The notes under the pieces were generated by a model that was not told the DNA's origin, did no database searches, and saw only the letters and a list, made by a program, of their open reading frames with translations. Below are positions 37,791 to 48,448 of a stretch of 64,000 nt of DNA, one piece after another. The stretch comes from a virus (taxonomy: Duplodnaviria > Heunggongvirae > Uroviricota > Caudoviricetes): the IMG/VR virus record IMGVR_UViG_3300035516_000805; one strand, given 5' to 3'. A program made the position numbers and the translations under genes. Every line of letters starts with the position of its first letter. The stretch's first letter is position 1.

Positions 37791-38354
37791 ATGAGTGATA
37801 TTTTAATGGTATGTCCAAAGTGTGGAAAGAACATTGTTGAAAACAATAAGGCTTATGGCTGTGAAGGCTGGAAGGATGACCCAAAATGTAATGTTACTAT
37901 TTTTAAGGAATTTATAGGAGCAACTATTACAAGAAATGAAGCAATTGCTTTATTTGAGGGTAAGGAAGTCGAAAAGGAATTAACAAGTAAAGCAGGAAAT
38001 ACTTGGAAGCAGAAGATAGCATTTAACCGTGAAACCGGAAAGCTTGAGTTCGTAAAGACTGCAGGTGCGACATTAAATACTCAGGAGCCTAATATAACAA
38101 GTTTTGAATGTCCGGCTTGTCATAAGAATTTGATGAGGGATGGATATAAGCTTATTTGTGATTGCGGTCAGAGTTTTTGGACAAAGTTTTGCGGAAATGA
38201 GTTATCTGATTATCAGTTAGACAAGATTTTCAGAACTGGCAGCAGTGATGGCTTTATTGAAGGCTTCGTTAAAAAGGATGGACGAGAGTTTTCTGCAAAG
38301 CTTGAATTAAAGGAAAATGAAAACGGTAAGTGGTCTATTGGATTTGACTTTTAG
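37791..38354 (+). CDS. protein with two topoisomerase-type C4 zinc ribbons
   Basis: CPKCGKN...GCEGW...PKC and CPACHKN...CDCG resemble the zf-C4 topoisomerase-type ribbon. Confidence 0.6.
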   Translation: MSDILMVCPKCGKNIVENNKAYGCEGWKDDPKCNVTIFKEFIGATITRNEAIALFEGKEVEKELTSKAGNTWKQKIAFNRETGKLEFVKTAGATLNTQEPNITSFECPACHKNLMRDGYKLICDCGQSFWTKFCGNELSDYQLDKIFRTGSSDGFIEGFVKKDGREFSAKLELKENENGKWSIGFDF

Positions 38355-38363
38355 GAGAAATAT

Positions 38364-38852
38364 ATGAAAAAGATAAAAATAATTGGTCAAATATTACTAC
38401 CTATTATAATTATCACGCCAATTATTATGTGGCTAAAAATATATTATAATCCGATTACTGTTTTCGGAAGCAGTATGTATCCAACATATTCAAACTTAGA
38501 AAAAGTTCATGGAACGCAAATCATAGATAATATTGACCGGAATATGGTAATCATAGCTGATATTCCGGAAAGTGTAAACTATAATGAAACCGTTGTAATT
38601 AAGCGGATTGTTGGAATTGCAGGCGACCATATTCAGATAAAAGGAAATACATTTTTTGTAAACGAAGAAGAATATGCAGTCCATGAGTCTTTTTTAGAAT
38701 ACGATGGACTTGATATTACTTTAAAAGAAAATGAAATCTTTTTATTAGGTGATAATTATGGATACAGTGCAGACAGCAGAATATATGGACCAATTTTAGT
38801 TTCTGATATTAAGTATATTGTTAAAGAACAAAAAGATAGAAAGGAAAATTAA
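38364..38852 (+). CDS. signal peptidase I (S26 family)
   Basis: GSSMYPT (box B, Ser), KRIVGIAGD (box D, Lys), GDNYGYSADSR (box E). Confidence 0.8.
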   Translation: MKKIKIIGQILLPIIIITPIIMWLKIYYNPITVFGSSMYPTYSNLEKVHGTQIIDNIDRNMVIIADIPESVNYNETVVIKRIVGIAGDHIQIKGNTFFVNEEEYAVHESFLEYDGLDITLKENEIFLLGDNYGYSADSRIYGPILVSDIKYIVKEQKDRKEN

Positions 38853-38854
38853 TT

Positions 38855-40063
38855 ATGGGAGTAGTATTTAATACAACGAATGTTTCAAGTCAGGAATATA
38901 CTAATAAATTTCGAACAAAGACATATTTAATTGAACGTCCTAATATTACATATGAAGGGAAATGGGGTATTGCAATGGATGTCGGATATAGTTCAACAAA
39001 GATATTCAGTCCTAATATGGTAGCAAGTTTCCCAACCTTTGTAAAAAAAGTTGCAGAAGGAACAATTGATAGTGCTTTTGGCGGATTAACAAGGTCCATT
39101 ATTGCTTATAAGGATGAAACCGGAGAGTATCTTGTAGGTGAAGCTGCTCAGGATAGAGTATCTATGAGGGAAACAGATAATATTGCGGAATCTGCAATCA
39201 GAAATCGTTATTACAGTATTGAATTTTTAGTAAGCAGCCGTGTAGGAATGGCTCTGGGTATGCAGGATAATCAATATGGTTATGTCGGCGACAGTGAGAT
39301 TTATTTACAGACAGGACTTCCACCGGAATATATGGCAGATAAGGCTGATTTAATTGATGCATTAGCCGGAACACATACATTTAAGATTAAGATTGGTAAC
39401 GGAGCTTGGCAGTCATATGATTTTACTTTACCGGAAGACCATATCAGAGTAATGCCACAGCCAATGGGAACATTAATTAGTATTGCAACAAACAAAGATG
39501 GTACAACCCATAAGTCTGCAAAGGATTATTTTTCAAAGAAGATGTTAATATTTGATGCCGGATATGGAACATTGGATGTATTTTATCTAAATAAGCATAC
39601 ATTGGATGCTCCAAAATGTAAGACATTTTCTCATTATGGGATGCTTGCGGTAATGCAGGAATGTGTTAAGATTTTAAAAGAAGCTCCTTATGAAAAGGAA
39701 ATCTCTCTTACAGCTTTGCAGCAGGTTTTAGAAGACGGCAGTTTCCGTGGAAAATTTGACAGAAAGACAAGAAGCTCAGGCATATTGGATTTTGCACCTA
39801 TTTTAAAGGAAGCAAATGAAAAGATTGCAAGAGAAGCATTAAATACAATTGATGAAGTATATAATTGCTTGACTGATGAAGATTACCTTGTTGTAACTGG
39901 CGGTACAGGAATTGCGTGGCTTCCATTTATTAAGGAATATTATGGAAACATTGAAGGCTTGACAATCCTTATCGGTTCACAGGGAGATGACTTACCGGAA
40001 ATATTTGCAAATGTAAGAGGTTATTACTTTAATTTACTAAATAGTTTTCGTAGTAAGGCGTAG
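38855..40063 (+). CDS. actin-like ATPase (ParM/Alp family)
   Basis: Phosphate-1 AMDVGYSSTKIF, phosphate-2 LIFDAGYGTLDVF, adenosine motif VVTGGTGIAW. Confidence 0.7.
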   Translation: MGVVFNTTNVSSQEYTNKFRTKTYLIERPNITYEGKWGIAMDVGYSSTKIFSPNMVASFPTFVKKVAEGTIDSAFGGLTRSIIAYKDETGEYLVGEAAQDRVSMRETDNIAESAIRNRYYSIEFLVSSRVGMALGMQDNQYGYVGDSEIYLQTGLPPEYMADKADLIDALAGTHTFKIKIGNGAWQSYDFTLPEDHIRVMPQPMGTLISIATNKDGTTHKSAKDYFSKKMLIFDAGYGTLDVFYLNKHTLDAPKCKTFSHYGMLAVMQECVKILKEAPYEKEISLTALQQVLEDGSFRGKFDRKTRSSGILDFAPILKEANEKIAREALNTIDEVYNCLTDEDYLVVTGGTGIAWLPFIKEYYGNIEGLTILIGSQGDDLPEIFANVRGYYFNLLNSFRSKA

Positions 40064-40094
40064 TAAGGCTTAGAACTAAGGTTAAGGTGATTTT

Positions 40095-40916
40095 ATGGGA
40101 AATACAAGAAAGTTATCAATACGGTTATACCGAATTCATGATATTGATTTATTAACTTTTTATAAAAATCCTGATATTGATTTTAAAAAGACACTATTAG
40201 ATACCCTTGAAAATTATGCTACGGGAAATATATATATTCTTTCCCGTAGAGGTTCAAATTATTATATCAATCCGGACCTTTTAAATTCAAAGTATAAAAT
40301 AGATATTACGTTTAATATAGCTGAATATCCTCATTTATATGAAATGTTAAAGCATATACGTCCAAAGTGGCAAAATGCTCTGATTAAAAACGTATTACGA
40401 ATGTATCTGGCAGGTGATGGATTTTATCCTTGTTGGTCATCAGAAGATTATATTGACCAAAGTAAACTTTATCAGACCAAGTTTGAATCTATTTTAGAAA
40501 CAGACGATTTAATAAGAAAACCGGTTTATCGTAAGAGTGTTCAGAAGAAATTAGAGCTTGAAGAACGGAAAAAGGATAGAGAACTTAGAAAACAGACTTC
40601 TAAGGAAAAAATAAAGAATACTTTAGCTGATTTACAGGAAAAGTCATCATTTATAAAGAATACTGATACAGTTGGCAGTTTAAAAGAACTTTCAACAAAA
40701 GTTTCCAGTACAGATGAAAATACAACATTTATTGAAATTATAGATAATCACAATGAAGAAATAAATAAAAAAGTAGCATTAAATGTTGATACTGTTAAAG
40801 TTACCGAACAGACCATTACTACTGATGAAAAACAGAATCAAACTAATGAAGCTGAACTGACAGAATCAAATTATGATATTTTTGGTGATATAAATTCAAT
40901 GCTTGCTAATTTTTAA
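40095..40916 (+). CDS. hypothetical protein (possible segregation adaptor)
   Basis: Immediately downstream of the actin-like ATPase. Confidence 0.5.
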   Translation: MGNTRKLSIRLYRIHDIDLLTFYKNPDIDFKKTLLDTLENYATGNIYILSRRGSNYYINPDLLNSKYKIDITFNIAEYPHLYEMLKHIRPKWQNALIKNVLRMYLAGDGFYPCWSSEDYIDQSKLYQTKFESILETDDLIRKPVYRKSVQKKLELEERKKDRELRKQTSKEKIKNTLADLQEKSSFIKNTDTVGSLKELSTKVSSTDENTTFIEIIDNHNEEINKKVALNVDTVKVTEQTITTDEKQNQTNEAELTESNYDIFGDINSMLANF

Positions 40917-41042
40917 AGTATATTTTATTTTTCTATAAAATGATATATATTATATATATTACAAATATACAATTATTACTTTAATAGTAGTTCTGAAAAA
41001 CTACTATTTAAGTAATAAAAAAAAGAGAAAGGGAGATTTACT

Positions 41043-41324
41043 ATGGCTGCTGAAAAATATAATGTAAATGATGAAGATTTTCAGGTTTTTCAAAACAAAA
41101 TAGCTCCGATATTGATTAAACTTAGACATATTTGTGAAGATAATCATTACACATTTTATGCAATAATTTCAATGGATGATAACCCGGACACAGAGAAATA
41201 TGAATCTCAATTTCTCTTGCCGTCAAATGAAGGTATCATAAAGCCGAGTCTTGTTAGAAAAATGTTACAGGCACAATTAGGTTTAACTAATAACAATATA
41301 GATGAATTAATTGATAACGATTAA
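41043..41324 (+). CDS. hypothetical protein
   Basis: RBS AGGGAG. Confidence 0.5.
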   Translation: MAAEKYNVNDEDFQVFQNKIAPILIKLRHICEDNHYTFYAIISMDDNPDTEKYESQFLLPSNEGIIKPSLVRKMLQAQLGLTNNNIDELIDND

Positions 41325-41395
41325 AATACAACAGATAAGCACAAAAGGAGAACGATTATAATAAGAGATTTACACATTAAGTAATAATTATACAT

Positions 41396-41432
41396 TTGGT
41401 GTATGGCTAATGCCATACACCTCCTTCTTTTT
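41396..41432 (+). terminator. intrinsic terminator (cassette copy 2)
   Basis: Same hairpin as at 32878. Confidence 0.75.
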
Positions 41433-41442
41433 ATAGAGGTTT

Positions 41443-41497
41443 TTTATGTCATACTATTGACATTACTATTAATGTGATGTCATATTTTAAGTGAAAA
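41443..41497 (+). promoter_or_regulatory. class I promoter/operator (cassette copy 2)
   Basis: ttatgtcatactattgacattactattaatgtgatgtcatattttaagtgaaaaaa. Confidence 0.6.
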
Positions 41498-41517
41498 AAT
41501 ATGGGAGGAATTTAGAA

Positions 41518-43662
41518 ATGGTTATATATGGTATGGTTTCCGGAGATAATAAAAAATCTGCAATCCTTTATCGTAATGAATTGAATGGCTATACCATATT
41601 TACGATTGATGTTGATGATACTAAGGTTGTCTGTAAAGGTAAAATTCTTACAATACAGGATGAAATGTATTTATCTTTAACAGGTAATTGCTATATAGAT
41701 TCTCAGAGAAGAACATGTTTTGTTTTTGACAGTTATGAAATTATTATAAATGCCAATACTTTAAAGGCTTCTTTTTTAAAGAAATTAAATATTAAAGGTT
41801 TAACGATTGCAAAAATCAATAAAATCTTAGAAAAATTACCAACAAATGAAGAATTTAACAAAATAAGTGAAGCTAAGTTTTTAAACTTATTTGAAAACAC
41901 TAAGGGTATTGATAACTATACTTTGCATACATTATACGAAGTATTAAGGAACTTAAACGAAGAACCGGAAATTGCTAATGAAATTTTAAAATATGGTGGT
42001 ACATATCATATTTTAACACAGATAAAGGATAATTTAAAGAAATATAGAGAAAATCCATATTTGTCTTTTATCCCTTTTAAGGTAGCAGACGGAGTTGCAA
42101 AAGATAGAAATTATTCTTTTAACAACGAACAAAGAGTAGAACGGATTGTTTTTGATATTTTTAATAACAGTTTACAAAATGGCAATACGTGTTTAACCTA
42201 TGATGAAATTAACAGGGCTTATGAACATTTTAAAAAATATGGAGAACGACATATTAAGGAATTACCGTCTATTCAATATATTTTTGCCATTATTGAAAAT
42301 TCTCCATTATTTACTGTCAAAGAATTAGATGGTGAAAATTATTATTATCTAACATATGTGGCAGAACAGGAAAACAATGTTGTTGAAGATGTTATAAGAC
42401 TTACACGATATGCAACAACAAATGTTATTAAAGTAGATACACCGGATTATTTAGGACCATCACAGAGAATTGCATTTGAGGGTATTTTTAAAAATAGTGG
42501 AATTACAAGCGGCATTTATATTATAACAGGTGGTCCCGGTACTGGTAAAACAACTTTGACAAAAGCTTTAATAGATAATTTCAGTAAGTATTATGACCCT
42601 GAAAGAATTGTACTTTGTAGTCCAACCGGATGCGCTGCACAAAATATGGAAAAGAAATGTCAAAAGGAAGCATTTACAATTCATAAAACATTAGGAATTT
42701 GTCCATCAAGCAGTAATCAGCAAAAATTAACCAGAAGCAAGAACTTAAAAGCAGATGTTATCATTGTTGATGAAGCATCTATGCTTGACTTGGAATTAAC
42801 TTCACTTTTGTTCTCAGCGGTTAAAACAGGTGGAATTTTAATTTTAATAGGAGATGTCAACCAGTTACCATCTGTTCGTTATGGAAGAGTGTTAAAAGAT
42901 TTAATTGACAGCCATAAAATTCCTACATTTTATTTAAGGGAAACATATCGTCAGGCTGAAGGAAGTTTAATCATTACTAATGCAAACAATATACTAGAAG
43001 AAAAAGACTTATTTACTGGAAATGATTTCAAAATTCAATATTTTGAAAATGATACTGCACTTTTAAATGCAACTATGGAATTTGTTAAATTATATAAGAA
43101 TAATATGGTTTTAACGCCAAACAGACAATTTTTAACAGGAAGTGTTGAATTAAGTTATCAGATTCAGGAACAAAAAAAGTTAGAGGAATGTAGTAAAATT
43201 AACACAAATAAGGTATTTTACGATTATAATGAACGTCCATTGTTTTATATTGGAAGCAGAATCATAGCAACTTCAAACAGCTATGAGTATGGCTATTATA
43301 ATGGAGATATGGGAGTTATAACAGATATATGCCCAAGTGGTATTGAAATTGTTTTTGATAAGAATAAAAACTCAATAGAAAGGACAACCTTTATTCCTAC
43401 AAGTATTGTTATTACCGATATTGAACTTGCTTATGCAATTTCTATTCATAAATCACAGGGCAGTGAGTACAATGAAATTTTAATTATCTTATCAGATGAC
43501 AGTAAAAGCTTATGTAATAAGAACTTACTATATACAGGCGTTACAAGGGCAAAAGAAAAAGTAACAATTTATGTTACTGGAAATGAAAAAGTAAACTGGC
43601 TGCAACGAGCAATTCATACAGAGGAAAGTAAAAGGAACTCTATTTTGTCTCATTTGATTTAA
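41518..43662 (+). CDS. RecD-like SF1B helicase 1
   Basis: Walker A GGPGTGKTT, Walker B IIVDEASMLD, GDVNQLPSV, IHKSQGSEY; start ATG after GGGAGG RBS (track start 41491 lies in the promoter). Confidence 0.8.
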   Translation: MVIYGMVSGDNKKSAILYRNELNGYTIFTIDVDDTKVVCKGKILTIQDEMYLSLTGNCYIDSQRRTCFVFDSYEIIINANTLKASFLKKLNIKGLTIAKINKILEKLPTNEEFNKISEAKFLNLFENTKGIDNYTLHTLYEVLRNLNEEPEIANEILKYGGTYHILTQIKDNLKKYRENPYLSFIPFKVADGVAKDRNYSFNNEQRVERIVFDIFNNSLQNGNTCLTYDEINRAYEHFKKYGERHIKELPSIQYIFAIIENSPLFTVKELDGENYYYLTYVAEQENNVVEDVIRLTRYATTNVIKVDTPDYLGPSQRIAFEGIFKNSGITSGIYIITGGPGTGKTTLTKALIDNFSKYYDPERIVLCSPTGCAAQNMEKKCQKEAFTIHKTLGICPSSSNQQKLTRSKNLKADVIIVDEASMLDLELTSLLFSAVKTGGILILIGDVNQLPSVRYGRVLKDLIDSHKIPTFYLRETYRQAEGSLIITNANNILEEKDLFTGNDFKIQYFENDTALLNATMEFVKLYKNNMVLTPNRQFLTGSVELSYQIQEQKKLEECSKINTNKVFYDYNERPLFYIGSRIIATSNSYEYGYYNGDMGVITDICPSGIEIVFDKNKNSIERTTFIPTSIVITDIELAYAISIHKSQGSEYNEILIILSDDSKSLCNKNLLYTGVTRAKEKVTIYVTGNEKVNWLQRAIHTEESKRNSILSHLI

Positions 43663-43679
43663 AAAAAGGAGAAAATTTT

Positions 43680-46091
43680 ATGGTATTTCAGTTAAAAACT
43701 AAGGAATATGTAAAACCTGTAACAGTTGAAAAGACTTATTCCGGTACAATTAAAGCTATTCCATTTTATGATGAAGCAAGTGGATATATTATCGCAAAAA
43801 TGGAAGTAAATAATAGTGATGTATATTTTTCAATGAGCTTAAAGGGATACTATACAGGTTTATGCGTTAATGATAAGGTTATAGTAACCGGAGAAGTTAA
43901 AAATGATAAATATGGTAATTATATCCAGTTTGATAATCTATCCGTACAAAGTGATGAAAGTGAAAATGGAATTTGCCGTTATCTGGTTGACTGTATTAAA
44001 GGCATTGGAGAAAAATCCGTAAAAGAAATTTATCATAAATTAAAACTTTCTGCGTCAACCTTGGATATATTAGGAAGCAAGGATTTGAAAGACATAAAAG
44101 GATTTAAGACAAAGTATAAAAATATAAATAAGACTTATAAAAGTACAAAGCATTTAATTCCTTTATATCTTTATACAAATGGTTTAATTACAAAAAATAA
44201 GATTACTGCAATTTATGATAAATATAAAGAAGATGCCGTAAAAGTTTTAAGCGAAAATCCATATTTATTAATTTCTATGAACGGAATCAGTTTTAAGACA
44301 GCAGATAAAATTGCATTAAAACTTGGCATTGATGTCTATAGTGAATCTCGTTTAAATTATGGAATAAGCTTTATATTGGAAACTTTAACAGAAAAATATG
44401 GAAGTACGGTTTATGGTTTAGAGGAGGTCTTAAATAATTATAACTTATTATTAAATGAAGATGTATTGATTTCTCTTTATTATAAGAACATAAAAGGTTT
44501 TGATAAGCTTCCGGCGGATATTTCTGAGTATATTGCAATGAATAATACTTTTAAAGACGGCATTGCATTTATAACTGATAAGGAACTTAGTACACTTTAT
44601 GAAAATTATAAGCAGTATTTAAAGGAACACTTACAAAGTATTATCTTAAATAATGCTTTAAAGATACCTACTGAAGACTTAATAAAATTAAATGTTGAAA
44701 CTTTAGCATTATCAGAATATCAGTATATTTATTTTACGGATACTAATAAGGTAATAACGAAGTATTATTTATCCTTAGAGCTTAGAAGTGCAGCATTTTT
44801 GAATCAGTTAAATCATGAGAATCATTTTTCGTTAGACTTTGATAATATTTTACAAAATTTCAGGACTTCAAAAGGTTATACATTGGATGATGACCAAAAA
44901 AGAGCTGTTAAGAATGTTATCTGTAATAATTTAAGTATTATAACAGGTGGTCCGGGAACCGGTAAAACAACAATCTTAGAGTGTGTATTGTATATATTAA
45001 AAGAAATTTTAAGAAAAGATGTAATTTTATTAGCACCAACAGGAAAAGCTGCAAAAAGGATGTCACAGTGTACAGGTATAGAAGCAAGTACTATTCACAG
45101 ATATGTTTTTAGCAATAAAGGAAAATATATTAGGAATAATAATACGTGGTATATTATTGATGAGGCTTCAATGCTTGATATTAAGATATTAGAGTGGATG
45201 CTTAGAGAAGTTGACCCAAAGCATCTTATATTTATCGGAGATATATACCAGTTACCTAGCATTGGTGCAGGAGCCGTACTTAGGGATATGTTAATCAGCA
45301 ACATTCCGAGTGTAAGACTGGAACATTGTCATAGAAATGCAGGCTCTATCAGTAAAAATGCTGAGAAAATCAATCAGGGAAGCAGAATATCTGATTTAAT
45401 TGAGGATAATCATTTTGAGACATATTTTTATGGTAAAGACACTGATTATGAAATAATGATGCAGAAAATCATTGATTTATATATGGAAAATTTAAGCACA
45501 TATGGTGTAAATGAAATGGTAGTACTTGCACCAATGAAAGAACGCTGTGTTTGTACAAGAGAAATTAATAAGAGACTGCAGAATATTTTACATCCGGATG
45601 AAATAATCAAAAAGGTTAATAGCAAGGAATTTCGTAGAGGTGACAGAGTTATTCAGTTGACAAATAATTACAAAGCTGACATTTCGGAAACTTATCCTAT
45701 GATGAATGGTGAATTGTTTACAATATTAGATTTTGAAACAGTGGAAGATGAAGAATTTGTAATTTTGAAAGCTGATGAAAGTTATGAAGATGGCACAACA
45801 GTTATTAAAAGAAAATTGACTGATATGTGTGAAATGGACTTAGCATATGCCTTAACTATTCATAAATCACAGGGTAGTGAGTACAAATTTGTTATTGTAG
45901 CATTAACAAAAGCTGATTATATGTTATTGCAGCGAAACTTATTATATACTGCCGTTACAAGAGCAAAGGAAAAGATTGCCTTAATTGGACAGCCATATGT
46001 AATGCAGATTGCAATTGACGATACAAGTAAGGCAATTAATAGAGATACTACGTTAAATAAATTAATCATAACAGGTCAGCTAGTAGCTTAG
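43680..46091 (+). CDS. RecD2-like SF1B helicase 2 (with HhH-like N-terminal region)
   Basis: GGPGTGKTT, IIDEASMLD, GDIYQLPSIGAG, IHKSQGSEY; HhH-like GIGEKSVKEI. Confidence 0.8.
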   Translation: MVFQLKTKEYVKPVTVEKTYSGTIKAIPFYDEASGYIIAKMEVNNSDVYFSMSLKGYYTGLCVNDKVIVTGEVKNDKYGNYIQFDNLSVQSDESENGICRYLVDCIKGIGEKSVKEIYHKLKLSASTLDILGSKDLKDIKGFKTKYKNINKTYKSTKHLIPLYLYTNGLITKNKITAIYDKYKEDAVKVLSENPYLLISMNGISFKTADKIALKLGIDVYSESRLNYGISFILETLTEKYGSTVYGLEEVLNNYNLLLNEDVLISLYYKNIKGFDKLPADISEYIAMNNTFKDGIAFITDKELSTLYENYKQYLKEHLQSIILNNALKIPTEDLIKLNVETLALSEYQYIYFTDTNKVITKYYLSLELRSAAFLNQLNHENHFSLDFDNILQNFRTSKGYTLDDDQKRAVKNVICNNLSIITGGPGTGKTTILECVLYILKEILRKDVILLAPTGKAAKRMSQCTGIEASTIHRYVFSNKGKYIRNNNTWYIIDEASMLDIKILEWMLREVDPKHLIFIGDIYQLPSIGAGAVLRDMLISNIPSVRLEHCHRNAGSISKNAEKINQGSRISDLIEDNHFETYFYGKDTDYEIMMQKIIDLYMENLSTYGVNEMVVLAPMKERCVCTREINKRLQNILHPDEIIKKVNSKEFRRGDRVIQLTNNYKADISETYPMMNGELFTILDFETVEDEEFVILKADESYEDGTTVIKRKLTDMCEMDLAYALTIHKSQGSEYKFVIVALTKADYMLLQRNLLYTAVTRAKEKIALIGQPYVMQIAIDDTSKAINRDTTLNKLIITGQLVA

Positions 46092-46140
46092 ATGGTAGTC
46101 TTCATATTAGTTGGAAGATTTTATCTTCCATCAGAGTAGT
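46085..46140 (+). repeat. hairpin-repeat cluster
   Basis: cttagatggtagtcttcatattagttggaagattttatcttccatcagagtagtgttggtag. Confidence 0.6.
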
Positions 46141-46196
46141 GTTGGTAGTAATTTAGATTGAACTCGTAGTTCACTCGTTTAAAAAGGAGGCAGATT

Positions 46197-46373
46197 ATGA
46201 ATATTAATATTGGAGATATCTTAATGATAGAGACAGAAGTTGTAGATTACAATGAGAAAATGGGAAAAATTAAAATAAGAATAGTTGGCTATCAAGAGGA
46301 CAAACGGAATTTTAAAGAAAGTTATATCTGGGTTGACGATAAAGATATAAGAAGTATAGAACCTTCTATCTAA
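46197..46373 (+). CDS. small hypothetical protein (58 aa)
   Basis: RBS AAAAGGAGG. Confidence 0.4.
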   Translation: MNINIGDILMIETEVVDYNEKMGKIKIRIVGYQEDKRNFKESYIWVDDKDIRSIEPSI

Positions 46374-46475
46374 GAAGTTCTTTTAGAGAACTTTCAACTA
46401 ACTTAGCTAGTAGTCCTAAAAGGACTACTAGCTAAGTTAAGATTTCAAAACGATATAGTGGTTATTTTTGTATTA

Positions 46476-47084
46476 TTATAATTTAAAATATAAATCTTTA
46501 ATTGTTTTTGTTGAAATATCTTCAAAAATATCATTAAGCAATTCATCACCAGAAATATATTTTGTACTTTCAAGATTTGTTGTTATAAGTTTTTTAATTA
46601 TATTATCATATTTAAAATCTTTTTGTATAAATCGTTCCATTTGTTGCAAAATAACTAATAATTCTTTTGCTGTTACAATATAAGAATCATTTGGAATAGG
46701 ATAATCATTAATATTACCTGTGACAAGCATAGATTCAAATTCCTGAGAACTTTCTTTAACTTCAAAAAACGGAATATCATCTTTATCAGGCATTATATTA
46801 TATAATTCTTGTTTTATTATTTTTACATCATTTATAAATATTCCATTTTTTATAAGTATATAAAGTGTATTTTGAAGCATCTCATCTGTTATAAGATGTC
46901 GAGGGTCCTTAAATTTATTATAATGGAATACTTTATAATATTCTTTTAATATTCTTTTATCAAATATTGGAATTAAATTTCCTTTTTCAACTAATTCTAA
47001 AACACTAAATGGAGCATTTGAACTAGATAACATAGCAGAAACCAAAACATTAGTATCAATTATAACAAATGCTTTAATTTTCAT
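46476..47084 (-). CDS. PIN-domain protein (putative toxin)
   Basis: N-terminal VIIDTNVLVSA PIN motif. Confidence 0.6.
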   Translation of the reverse strand: MKIKAFVIIDTNVLVSAMLSSSNAPFSVLELVEKGNLIPIFDKRILKEYYKVFHYNKFKDPRHLITDEMLQNTLYILIKNGIFINDVKIIKQELYNIMPDKDDIPFFEVKESSQEFESMLVTGNINDYPIPNDSYIVTAKELLVILQQMERFIQKDFKYDNIIKKLITTNLESTKYISGDELLNDIFEDISTKTIKDLYFKL

Positions 47085-47256
47085 TTATATTTTCTTCTTT
47101 CTTTAATTCTTTTCTAATATCAAATGTAAGTTTTATAGCTTCATCTTCAGTTAATAATCTGCCATATGCATTTTTAAATCTTTCTCTTGCTTCATTCATT
47201 GTCTCAGTAATAGATTTTGTAGAATTATAAGTAAATTCCATAATTAACACCTCCAT
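47074..47256 (-). CDS. putative cognate antitoxin
   Basis: 60-aa ORF overlapping the PIN gene start by about 11 nt. Confidence 0.45.
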   Translation of the reverse strand: MEVLIMEFTYNSTKSITETMNEARERFKNAYGRLLTEDEAIKLTFDIRKELKKEENINEN

Positions 47257-47355
47257 TATTGATATTATATTATTCTTCTTATATATATTATATATAATAC
47301 CTCTTCATAAATCAATAATTACAAAATTATTTTATTTTTCCCAAATTTTATTAAA

Positions 47356-47370
47356 TTTTACATTATTATA
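47356..47370 (+). promoter_or_regulatory. class II motif
   Basis: aattttacattattataagtagaaaatg. Confidence 0.4.
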
Positions 47371-47434
47371 AGTAGAAAATGTTTTTTATAATTTGATTAT
47401 ATAAAAATTTTAAAAATAATAGAGAGGTATATTT

Positions 47435-48253
47435 ATGATTGAGAAATTTGAAAGTGCTGTACCAGAAATATCAGAACCACAAAATTCAGTAATGTTAACA
47501 GGTGTCATCAAAGGAAATATATTATATAAAGACAATCGGGTTTCATTTAATATGGAAGTTTTTAAAGGACCTGTTAATAAATTTAATGATAAAGATTTTC
47601 ATATTCCAGAATATGTTTATCCAATTATTTCAACAGAGAATAAAGAATTAATTAATGAAATTAAACATTATCAGTTAAAAGATGGAGATGTTGTTTTAGT
47701 AACAGGTATTTTAACTACACGTAAAGGAATTAAAATGTCAGAATGTCCACAATGTCATTCAATTCAAAGTTCTATGTGTGTTTATACTTATATTGAACCT
47801 GTATATGTTCATCCAATGCCGGTTACAAAAAAGAAAAAGACTAAAGAAGAATATTCAGATACTACTTATGACAAACTCAGAGAATACTGGGATATAAGTA
47901 ATAGTGTAACCGTTTTATTTGGTCGTATATTTGATAATCCAGTACAAAAAGGTGAAAACATTGTAAGTTATAATGTTTCTCTACCAAAACCGTGCGGTAT
48001 TACAGGAGATTTAGACGTTTCAAAGGAAAAACAGGATAATATTCATATTGAAACATCTGTAAAAGAGAATAATTTACATAAAAATGATTTAGTAGTTATA
48101 TCAGGATATATTAATGTAAAAAAATCTACGGTAAAACATAAATGTACGGATTGTAATACTGATTTTCATATTCCGGTATCAGTAACAGAAATAATTGGTA
48201 AAACTGACATAGTAGAAGATGAAGAAAAACAGTTAATTAACTATAAATTCTAA
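47435..48253 (+). CDS. hypothetical protein with two CxxC pairs
   Basis: CPQCHS and CTDCNTDF; RBS GAGAGG. Confidence 0.55.
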   Translation: MIEKFESAVPEISEPQNSVMLTGVIKGNILYKDNRVSFNMEVFKGPVNKFNDKDFHIPEYVYPIISTENKELINEIKHYQLKDGDVVLVTGILTTRKGIKMSECPQCHSIQSSMCVYTYIEPVYVHPMPVTKKKKTKEEYSDTTYDKLREYWDISNSVTVLFGRIFDNPVQKGENIVSYNVSLPKPCGITGDLDVSKEKQDNIHIETSVKENNLHKNDLVVISGYINVKKSTVKHKCTDCNTDFHIPVSVTEIIGKTDIVEDEEKQLINYKF

Positions 48254-48374
48254 AGAATTTGTAGTTTTCATCAATTTTTCATTAAAAATGAAAAATTTGA
48301 TTTTACCGTAAATTCTAAAGAATTTGCGGTGTAATGGAATTTCTATTTTAAAAATGTAAAAAATAGAATTTCCA

Positions 48375-48390
48375 TTTTACATTATTATAG
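48375..48390 (+). promoter_or_regulatory. class II motif
   Basis: ccattttacattattatagtagagc. Confidence 0.45.
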
Positions 48391-48448
48391 TAGAGCTTAA
48401 ATATTGCTAAGTTTAATATTATATTTTATTTTAATGGAGGACAATAAT

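Noticed and set aside
41491-41517. Track start (GTG at 41491) for RecD-like helicase 1, and 28746 for ORF 28788-29678
   Set aside because: These starts fall inside the conserved promoter/operator repeat. ATG codons with a GGGAGG/AAAGGAGG RBS lie just downstream (41518 and 28788) and are more plausible.
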